From Octopus bimaculoides (Eukaryota), in contig NC_068984.1 of assembly GCF_001194135.2 (NCBI RefSeq), positions 85,465,220 to 85,522,746 of the forward strand: 57,527 bases of DNA, read 5' to 3'. Under the pieces are notes generated by a model. That model worked only from the letters and a program-made list of their open reading frames with translations, did not search any database and was not told the origin of the DNA. Position 1 is the first letter of the stretch, and every line of letters starts with the position of its first letter. The position numbers were made by a program, and so were the translations under genes. Positions 24,843 to 35,252 of the stretch are shown in pieces.

Positions 24843-25240
24843 ACATATATGTACATACTTACATCTACATGTGTATATAGATGCATATCAGGGTACAGGA
24901 CGTTAGAAAAATTAACTACAGACAACGGAACGAACACATAGGAAAACAGATAGCCACTTGGAATTATTCCTTCATCAGCTGCCTCTATTCTAACTAGGCG
25001 TTTCGAAGATAAGGCAGAACGCACTCTAGAATAGTTTCTTCCTGAGTAGTGGATCGACCCACTAAACAGAGGATTCCAAGGTGGCAAACACAAACCAAGA
25101 CAGGAAAAAATGGACAGTGAAAACAACATTAAAAAGCCGTAGGGCCAAGCGCGAATCTGATATTGAACACTAGTGATATGACGAAGCAGGACGGAGAAAA
25201 AACAGTTCGTCTCGCCTTCATAGTGGCTGGAGTGAAAAAG
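24843..25240. mobile_element. Dispersed Penelope-like terminal repeat
   Basis: The reverse complement has TTCGAAACGCC...GCAGCTGATGAAGGAA. A second copy is at 19110-19285. Superfamily assigned by motif resemblance only. Confidence 0.5.
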
Positions 25241-25384
25241 AGAGAGTTAACCACAGGTCACACGTGAGCAGAGGGGATGGTAAAGGGAGGAAGTGGAACA
25301 AGGAGGAAGAGAGAGATGTGTATAGCAGTGAAGTAGAAGCCAGGACAACAGAAAGAAATAGAGCGAGAGGGGGAGATAGGTAAG

Positions 25385-25448
<64 letters not shown>

Positions 25449-26088
25449 NNNNNNNNNNNNNNNNNNNNNNNNNNNNNNNNNNNNNNNNNNNNNNNNNNNN
25501 NNNNNNNNNNNNNNNNNNNNNNNNNNNNNNNNNNNNNNNNNNNNNNNNNNNNNNNNNNNNNNNNNNNNNNNNNNNNNNNNNNNNNNNNNNNNNNNNNNNN
25601 NNNNNNNNNNNNNNNNNNNNNNNNNNNNNNNNNNNNNNNNNNNNNNNNNNNNNNNNNNNNNNNNNNNNNNNNNNNNNNNNNNNNNNNNNNNNNNNNNNNN
25701 NNNNNNNNNNNNNNNNNNNNNNNNNNNNNNNNNNNNNNNNNNNNNNNNNNNNNNNNNNNNNNNNNNNNNNNNNNNNNNNNNNNNNNNNNNNNNNNNNNNN
25801 NNNNNNNNNNNNNNNNNNNNNNNNNNNNNNNNNNNNNNNNNNNNNNNNNNNNNNNNNNNNNNNNNNNNNNNNNNNNNNNNNNNNNNNNNNNNNNNNNNNN
25901 NNNNNNNNNNNNNNNNNNNNNNNNNNNNNNNNNNNNNNNNNNNNNNNNNNNNNNNNNNNNNNNNNNNNNNNNNNNNNNNNNNNNNNNNNNNNNNNNNNNN
26001 NNNNNNNNNNNNNNNNNNNNNNNNNNNNNNNNNNNNNNNNNNNNNNNNNNNNNNNNNNNNNNNNNNNNNNNNNNNNNNNNNNNNNNNN

Positions 26089-26144
<56 letters not shown>

Positions 26145-26534
26145 CATACTTAGATGTATATGGATACCTATATACACACGCACACTCAAACACACACGTG
26201 TGTACGTATATCTATTAATGTATGCTTGTACATGCATATGTACATGAATGCATTTATATACATATATATACAAGGCGTTCGGGTTAAATTTGACAATTTG
26301 CATAAAAGCAAACACAATAGCCTAACCTAAAAATGAAAGTGTTTAAAAAAGAATTTTTTTAAATATCAACCAGATTATGGTTGGAGTATAACAGTTTACT
26401 CTAAGGATCCGCCCTCAGCTTCCACCACGGCCTCGAGACGGCTCCGTGACCTGGCGCACAGAGATAGATGGACACAGAGAAAGGGGAAGAGAGTGTGAGA
26501 GAGAGCGGACTGATGCACAAGAAGATATGCTGAA

Positions 26535-27290
26535 CAATTTAAGCAATCATTTTTTTTATCAATGGGCCACTTCGATCACTATTTTAATCTAGTGGATTTC
26601 CATAGCCATTTGATGCTTAAAAACTAGTTTTATACAAACTTCTTTGAAAATCCCTATTTCGTTTTTCACACACATTCACTTGTGTAGGTTGAACTATGTT
26701 AAACGACAGAGAAAGCAACCTAGCTATTTCTTGCAATACATACCAATGTTGTTGGCACTCCGTCGCTTACGACGTCGAGGGTTCCACTTGATCCGATCAA
26801 CGGAACAGCCTGCTCGTGAAATTAACGTGCAAGTGGCTGAGCACTCCACAGACACGTGTACCCTTAACGTAGTTCTCGGGGATATTCAGCGTGACACAGT
26901 GTGACAAGGCTGACCCTTTGAATTACAGGCACAACAGAAACAGGAAGTAAGAGTGAGAGAAAGTTGTGGTGAAAGGGTACAGCAGGGTTCGCCACCCCCA
27001 CCCCCCTGCCGGAGCATGGTGGAGCTTTAAGTGTTTTCGCTCAATAAACACTCACAACGCCCGGTCTGGGAATTGAAACCGCGATCCTATGACCGCGAGT
27101 CCGCTGCCCTAACCACTGGGTCATTGCGCCTCCACAATACATACCAATATATACATTTAAACCAAAATTTTTGCAGGGGCCCTTAAAGTACTACTGTGGA
27201 CCCCCAATTTATCATTTTGTCGCATGGACCCTCAAAAATCTTATATAGACCCTTAGGTGCCACATGGACCCCGGCTGAGAACCACTACCA
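26535..27290. mobile_element. hAT-type MITE (same family as 39135-39525), interrupted by a SINE
   Basis: The body aligns to 39135-39525. The right end GCTGAGAACCACTA resembles TTGAGAACCACTG; the left TIR is decayed. Confidence 0.8.
26748..27134 (-). mobile_element. Intact tRNA-derived SINE (family C) with a 14-bp TSD
   Basis: The reverse complement begins TGGAGGCGCAATGACCCAGTGGTTAGGGC (A box)...GGTTTCAATTCCC (B box) and ends GCCAACAAC. TSD CAATACATACCAAT at 26734-26747 and 27135-27148. A degenerate tail of the same family is at ~21130-21265. Confidence 0.93.
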
Positions 27291-27708
27291 TAGAGTGTTC
27301 AACTATGCAGCGGTTACTCTGTGCTATGGTTGTATGCTTATGCGAATTAAAGAAAAATGGATCTAAATATACCGCTCAGGAAAGAAATATGACATATTTA
27401 CCATCCTATATATCTTTCAAGAGTTCTTCACCTCGTCAGCTGATGTTAACCTAAAAACACCTACTCAGACAACAAAATAACTTCAGTGTTCTACTTGTGG
27501 GACATAAGTTGTGAAACTTGTGGTAGATAGAGGCATATGATTTCAGTTATAGCGATATAATTTCAGTTGTTCCAAAACAAGATACTGAGTGCTCAATGTC
27601 TCATCAGTGAGTTTGTCAGTTTGTCCTTTGACATACACACACAGACACGCACACACATACAGAAAGTGAGAGAGGCAAATAGGTAGATGGATAGATAGAA
27701 AGATAGCT

Positions 27709-27761
<53 letters not shown>

Positions 27762-27941
27762 TATATGTTTGGATATTTAGACTCAGACATATATGTATGC
27801 ATATATGTATGCATATATGTATGTGTGTATATATGTATGTATGTATGTATGTACGCATGTATGTATGCATGTATGTATGCATGTATGTATGTATGCGTAT
27901 GTATGTACGTACGTACATACATACATACATACATACATACA

Positions 27942-27973
<32 letters not shown>

Positions 27974-28280
27974 CATTTATATACAGAACCATTTGTACAC
28001 ATAAGCATATACGTCTGTAGATATATACATCTAACTAATGATTATATCAATTTGCTAGTCACTCTAGCTATTTAATTAGAGATTAATCAATAAACATGTG
28101 TGTACCTGTTTTTATGTGCGCGCGCGTGCGTGCGTGCGTGCGTGCGTGCGTGTGTATGCGTGTGTATGTGTGTGTATGTGTGTGTGTGTATGCGTGTGTG
28201 TGTGCGTGTGTGTCGCCACGCATGTGTGGGTGTTGGTGGTAACTAGACACGCATGAACCTCACAAGACGAACCTTGCAAG

Positions 28281-28325
<45 letters not shown>

Positions 28326-28695
28326 TACACACACATGAATATACATACATGCATATGCATGTATATATCTCCTTACATATACGTATACACGCACATCTTC
28401 CATGGTTTCACTTTCACTTTCAATTCCTCTCTACCTTTTCCCCCTGTTTGTTTTCTGTTTTAGTCTCATTCTCTCCTTTTCTCTCAACTCTCCTCACTTT
28501 CTCTCTCTCTCTCTTTCTCTCCTTCTCTCTCGACTAATTCCTCCACAATCTCTGCTCAATGTTCGACCTCAAAGATTCCATAATCAACAGGAATTCATTT
28601 AAACACATTTATCGATCTTCTTTTCGCTCGAATTTCGGTTTTCCATTCCATTCTTCACACGTGCTTATTGCAATTGATGTGCGTATAAACTACTA

Positions 28696-28726
<31 letters not shown>

Positions 28727-29600
28727 CGATGACGATGACGATGATGACAATGACAACACCAGCGTAGTGATAATATTGGTGGTGGTGGTGGTGGTGGTNN
28801 NNNNNNNNNNNNNNNNNNNNNNNNNNNNNNNNNNNNNNNNNNNNNNNNNNNNNNNNNNNNNNNNNNNNNNNNNNNNNNNNNNNNNNNNNNNNNNNNNNNN
28901 NNNNNNNNNNNNNNNNNNNNNNNNNNNNNNNNNNNNNNNNNNNNNNNNNNNNNNNNNNNNNNNNNNNNNNNNNNNNNNNNNNNNNNNNNNNNNNNNNNNN
29001 NNNNNNNNNNNNNNNNNNNNNNNNNNNNNNNNNNNNNNNNNNNNNNNNNNNNNNNNNNNNNNNNNNNNNNNNNNNNNNNNNNNNNNNNNNNNNNNNNNNN
29101 GCGGCAGTGATAGTGGTGGTGTGGTGTGGGGTGGAACAAGGTGGTGTGGGGTGGAACAAGGTGGGGGTTGATGATGGCAGCGGTGGTGCTGGTGGTGGTG
29201 CCAATGACGATGTTCATGCTATGATCATGATGATAGTGATGTGATGATCGTAGAGGTGCTGATAGTGGTTGGGATGGAAGGAGGGATGATGGTAGTATGT
29301 GTGATATCACTGAAGATTTAGTTTGGCAAGCATCGAAGAAATATACGGGTAAATTCTCAGAGAGTTAACCGGGGTCGGGGCGTGGTATTTACGATTCCTA
29401 ATTAAAATCCATCTCACTTCATTTCCTTCGCCTAGAAAAGAGAAGAACATCACAATATCCAGTTTCCCCTATCCTGAATAATAGGGCTTAGCGGCCCAAT
29501 GAGTAGGTAGGGTTTCTGTCCAGTCGCCGGATCTCCTAGAAATAACACCCAAATTCCATCACATCACATCTTGCGTTTCAATAAAATAGATAGGAAACAT

Positions 29601-30012
29601 TACTCTTTTACTCTTTTACTTGTTTCAGTCATTTGACTGCGGCCATGCTAGAGCACCGCCTTTAGTCGAGCGAATCGACCCCGGAACTTATTCTTTGTAA
29701 GCCTAGTACTTATTCTATCGGTCACTTTTGCCGAACCGCTAAGTGACGGGGACATAAACACACCAGCATTGGTTGTCAAGCAATGCTAGGGGGACATACA
29801 CAGACACACAAGCACATAAACACATATATATATATATATACATATATACGACGGGCTTCTTTCAGTTTCCGTTTACCAAATCCACTCACAAGGCTTTGGT
29901 CGGCCCGAGGCTATAGTAGAAGACACTTGCCCAAGATGCCACGCAGTGGGACTGAACCCGGAACCATGTGGTTGGTAAGCAAGCTACTTACCACACAGCC
30001 ACTCTTGCGCCT
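29601..30012 (-). mobile_element. Full-length family B SINE (tRNA head, CORE-like domain, internal microsatellite, tail)
   Basis: The reverse complement is colinear with 43392-43833 and ends in the (GTAAAAGA)n tail. Confidence 0.95.
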
Positions 30013-30120
30013 ATGCATTGGTTAATATACTCCTAGATATACAAAATGATGTGTTGATCATGGAATGCATTTGGGACTAATCAACAAGAACATCATAGTT
30101 TTGTGTGTGGGTGTGTGTGG

Positions 30121-30151
<31 letters not shown>

Positions 30152-30739
30152 TGTGTGTGTGTGTGNNNNNNNNNNTGTGTGTGTGTGTGGGTGTGTGTGT
30201 GTGTGTGTGTGTGCGTGTGTGCAATGAAGAAACCAGGCAGGAGCTCGCAATCCTTCAAAGAAATTGTTACAATCGTAGGAGTTTAATCGAAAAATATCAT
30301 CGTTTGACCACTGACAGTCCAAGCTTGTTCATTACATCCAAGCCGTTATTATTTTCCTCACTTGTTATAGTTTTCTTAGCTTATCAAACCACTTCCACCT
30401 CTGAATACAATCAACATCATATTCTTGGAGACAGTATATCTTTTGTGTTTAAGTAGCCATACCTGTCCCCCATACCCCTAGTCTTTTCTTTGCTCCATTT
30501 CTCAGTTCGCCGTTATGTTGACTCGACCACGCCTACCAATAACGACTAACGAGAAACAATTTGCTCACTGAATGAGCAACAACTTAAAGCCGCCGAAAGC
30601 AAACGGAACTGCCCCAGAGCTATACGAAATTTACTGAAAAAAAATTGAAACACAATAAATTACACACAGCTCAAAAACCAATTCCGCCCACCTCGGTCAA
30701 CTTCACTCAAAGTTGCTTTTTTTTTTTTTTTGATGTGTC

Positions 30740-31240
30740 TTCCATTTGCCATCCTTGCAAACAAGCTATCTTCTCTGCTTGCCATCTTATTCAGTTCCAC
30801 TGATATTCTCTTATACAATGACTAAAAATATCTTTAACCAGCACTCTTGGTTGCAATCAAAATCTGGGGCTTTCCACTTACTTAACTTTTTATTTACCAT
30901 CACTCGTAACATGTATATTCTCCTGCTAGTTGCTGCTTATTTAATCCTTAAGAAACTGTAATCATTCAGCTTAACTATTATTAATCTTTTCTTCACCTCG
31001 AATTTCTCTTCAGAACTTCTTACTTTCATTTTTGAGAACCAGGAAATAGCCTTACATATTTACTCAAATAAGCATACATTTGTTTTTCAGCCATATTTTA
31101 TATGCGGTTCTGTATTTATTGAGTTTTTCCTCTTTGTTCATATTTTTTCGTCTAAGACCTTTTGGTTAAAGTACTCTCTTTCAGTTCTTGTATCAGCGGT
31201 CATTTTTCTTTTGTCTTTCCAATAAATTTGCATTAGATTG
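30740..31240 (-). pseudogene. Heavily degraded R4/Dong-like non-LTR retrotransposon ORF fragment (region just upstream of and into the RT N-terminus)
   Basis: With frameshifts the minus strand gives KKF*REIRGEEK...MVNKKLSKWKAPDFDCNQECWLK(IF)SLYKRISVELNKM, resembling the WKAPGPDG..GYWLK..TSLHERIA.QLN motif of R4-clade RTs. Assigned from recalled motif. Confidence 0.6.
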
Positions 31241-31249
31241 GCACAATCG

Positions 31250-31450
31250 TTAGACCGTTGAACAACATGCCTGGTGATATTTAGTTCCGGATCTTTGCGG
31301 TCTGAGTTCAAATACTGCAATGGTCAACATTACCTTTCATCCTTTCGGAGTCGATAAAATAAAGTACTAGTCAAGTATTATAGTTGAGAAAATCTACTAA
31401 CTAGCACCCCCACCCCCCACCACTAAACATTTTACCTTTTGCTCAATTTA
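31250..31450 (+). mobile_element. Family A SINE (degenerate)
   Basis: GGCACAATCGTTAGA...GAGTTCAAATACTGC...TACCTTTCATCCTTTCGGAGTCGATAAAATAAAGTAC. Confidence 0.85.
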
Positions 31451-31461
31451 GGAGTATTCTT

Positions 31462-32052
31462 TTATTATCATTATCATTATTACTCAATAATTGAGTGAGA
31501 GAGCAGTGCATGCCACCAAAGTGACACAGATGTAAAATATACGAAGCCCAGTATACCCATCATGACTACCCGTTTGATAAGGGTACACCAGGTACATGCA
31601 TCACAACCATATGTGCGCGACATAGTGACCTCGTATCAAGATAAACAGCGCATAACCTTGCAGGTGGGGGTCCAGTTAGAATTTTCTTCAGGTCGAGTAG
31701 CCCATCTCACTCAAAAGGTCCCTGAATAAGGGTTGTTTAAGGATGATGAACAAAACACTTATTTTTCCAGAGGTGAATTATCCAAACCCCAAAAGAATTC
31801 TTCTCAAAACATGAATATGATGCTCTCCCACTACTTCTGCTCGTGATCAGAGATGCACTTACCGTCAGCCACTGAGGGACATGCTCAAATGGTTAAGGTC
31901 AAGCAACTGACAAGCAAATCTGTGGTATTGAGCAGAATATTTGCTGTATCCCATCTTTTATACCAAGACAAAACAATGTACATGATAAAACACTTCCAAT
32001 CAGTTAAGATCAGAAGGCATGAGAGCCACTGCCTGGTACTGCATCAGGGCAT

Positions 32053-32054
<2 letters not shown>
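31462..32054 (-). mobile_element. ~590-bp non-coding LINE 3' region (R4/Dong-like) embedded in (ATT)n
   Basis: Complex, GC-richer block with no ORF, bounded by (TTA/TCA)n on the left and (ATT)n on the right. The minus strand ends CTCTCACTCAA + (AAT)n-like tail. Clade is an inference from the TAA-repeat target. Confidence 0.6.
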
Positions 32055-32115
<61 letters not shown>

Positions 32116-32116
<1 letters not shown>

Positions 32117-32550
32117 GGTGGCGAGCCAGCAGAATCGTTAGCACGCCGGGAAAAATGCTTAGCAGCATTTCGTCCGTCTTTACGTTCTCAGTTCAAATTC
32201 TGCCGAGGTCGACTTTGCCTTTCATCCTAGCGGGGTCGATGAAATAAGTATCAGTTGAATATTGGGTCGATGTAATCGACTAGTCACTTCTCCCCCAAAT
32301 TTCCGGCCTTGTACCTATAGGAGAAAAGATTATCATTACAAAGAGAAGCTAGCGAGCTGGCAGATTCGTTATTACGTCAACAAAATGCAAAGCTGCATTT
32401 CTTCCGGTTCAAATCGCGTCGAGGTTAACTTTGCCTTTCATACTTTCGGGGATGATGAAATAAGTATTAGCTGAGGACTGGGTTCGATGTAATCGACTAG
32501 ACCCCCTCCCTCCACAAAATTTCGGGCCTTGTGCTTACAGCCGGAAGAAT
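32116..32550 (+). mobile_element. Two head-to-tail family A SINEs (32116-32315, ~32345-32550)
   Basis: Both carry the A-box head, GAGGT..ACTTTGCCTTTCAT, GGTCGATGTAATCGACTAG and AAATTTCGG.CCTTGT. Confidence 0.9.
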
Positions 32551-33784
32551 TATTATTTTTTTTTACTAAAACAAGACAAAGGTGAGTATAGATAATTAGG
32601 CGATTCAGTTTCAATATCTATGAGAGCAAATCGCTTAAATTCTTTGGTTTTGATATATTCTCTTGAGAAAGGATCACCGCTTTAACATCATACGTTTTGT
32701 TGTATCTCGGGAGAGTCATTATACCAATAATACGTTTCCTATCTGGTAATAATCACAGGTTTTATACCCTACACCTTATGGCTATAAAGTAAGCAGCAAC
32801 ATCAGCAACAGAAGCGGTAGCAGCAGCTGTGGTGGTGGTGGTGGTGGTGGTAATAGTAGTAGTAGACGTAGTAGTAGACGTAGTAGTAGCAGCAGACGGA
32901 ATTAAAACTTTATAGCTGTAACAAATACAGATAAAACTCTATTGCCGCCGTTTTCAAACCTCATTTTCGATTGTTCTGTACGAGTTTTCTACCGATTGCT
33001 CCTGGCCTGCGGTATTTCACCCTCTACCTCGTCACATTTTACAGGAACTCTTACCGCAATCATCAAAGCCATTCCGGATGTACTGAATCCTTAGTGACTA
33101 GGCACAGGGCCAGAGATAGCCTTCTTGAAATTCAATTTACTTTCACGGCAACACATTTTGAATAGCAAACGGAATACATGCAGACGTTCTGTTCAAAGCA
33201 AGTGATCGATAGATGCTTAGTGAGGAAGAAAGTGCGTACATGCGTGTAGGGTATGTACGTGTAAGCTTATAGATCAAAACTCTCTTTTTATATGTCTTTA
33301 GTATTAATTCAAGTTTATATACATATAACATTATGAACACTCATACATACAACTACACACAGAAATACATACATATACATACGTGCATCAGGCGTGCAAG
33401 AAGCATATACATAAATGTGCAACATACCAATATACAAACATAATATGCATGCATAAATATGTTAATATATACACACTAGCATACACCTATATTATACATA
33501 CGTGTGTTCATAAATTTCATACATACATACTATATATATTAAATATATTAAAATTTGGTTGGTGGGGAGAGAATATAGATAGATAGATACACACATACAC
33601 CCATACATACATACATACATACATACATACATACATACATACATACAAACAGACAGACAGACAGATACACATACGCACACACAAGATATATAAAAAAAGA
33701 TAAGCATTCACAACTGTGTACACACACGCAACACACTGTACATACGTACGTATAAACACACACACACAGACACACACACACACA

Positions 33785-33848
<64 letters not shown>

Positions 33849-34767
33849 GGAGAATATACAAATAATAACAACAGACGAGGACAGATNNNNNNNNNNNNNN
33901 NNNNNNNNNNNNNNNNNNNNNNNNNNNNNNNNNNNNNNNNNNNNNNNNNNNNNNNNNNNNNNNNNNNNNNNNNNNNNNNNNNNNNNNNNNNNNNNNNNNN
34001 NNNNNNNNNNNNNNNNNNNNNNNNNNNNNNNNNNNNNNNNNNNNNNNNNNNNNNNNNNNNNNNNNNNNNNNNNNNNNNNNNNNNNNNNNNNNNNNNNNNN
34101 NNNNNNNNNNNNNNNNNNNNNNNNNNNNNNNNNNNNNNNNNNNNNNNNNNNNNNNNNNNNNNNNNNNNNNNNNNNNNNNNNNNNNNNNNNNNNNNNNNNN
34201 NNNNNNNNNNNNNNNNNNNNNNNNNNNNNNNNNNNNNNNNNNNNNNNNNNNNNNNNNNNNNNNNNNNNNNNNNNNNNNNNNNNNNNNNNNNNNNNNNNNN
34301 NNNNNNNNNNNNNNNNNNNNNNNNNNNNNNNNNNNNNNNNNNNNNNNNNNNNNNNNNNNNNNNNNNNNNNNNNNNNNNNNNNNNNNNNNNNNNNNNNNNN
34401 NNNNNNNNNNNNNNNNNNNNNNNNNNNNNNNNNNNNNNNNNNNNNNNNNNNNNNNNNNNNNNNNNNNNNNNNNNNNNNNNNNNNNNNNNNNNNNNNNNNN
34501 NNNNNNNNNNNNNNNNNNNNNNNNNNNNNNNNNNNNNNNNNNNNNNNNNNNNNNNNNNNNNNNNNNNNNNNNNNNNNNNNNNNNNNNNNNNNNNNNNNNN
34601 NNNNNNNNNNNNNNNNNNNNNNNNNNNNNNNNNNNNNNNNNNNNNNNNNNNNNNNNNNNNNNNNNNNNNNNNNNNNNNNNNNNNNNNNNNNNNNNNNNNN
34701 NNNNNNNNNNNNNNNNNNNNNNNNNNNNNNNNNNNNNNNNNNNNNNNNNNNNNNNNNNNNNNNNNNN

Positions 34768-34820
<53 letters not shown>

Positions 34821-35221
34821 AAGAGAGAGAGAGAGGGAGGGAGGGAGAGAGAGAGAGACGAAGGAAGACCATATATCTAAGTGAACAGACTGAAAGGAAA
34901 TGAGATAAATATTAAGTGGGTGACAAGTAGTGGTGGGGGCAATTGAGGGGCAAAGTTAATGGAAAAGAAATAGTGGTGGTAGATTGAGGAAGAGAAAGAG
35001 GATAAGCGAGAGAGGGAGGAGGGAAAGTACAAATGCAGTGACAAAGAAGTAAGTATAGAGTGAGGTATAGAGTGAAAGAGAGCGAGAGAGAGAAATAAAG
35101 ATAGAAAGAATGAGTGGAGGAGAAAGAGAGTGAAGCGTACACACGCGTCCGCACACCATCCATCCTACATACACATAGATAAATAGATAGGAGAGAGATA
35201 AAGAGAGAAAGACAGTGAAAC

Positions 35222-35252
<31 letters not shown>

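Noticed and set aside
30220-30456. 75-codon open frame NEETRQELAILQRNCYNRRSLIEK...
   Set aside because: It begins in a microsatellite, has no start or splice signals, and shows no recognisable domain.
33080-33165. Acceptor-like CATTTTACAG followed by short open frames (e.g. TLTAIIKAIPDVLNP*)
   Set aside because: No homology recognised and no donor or upstream exon can be linked.
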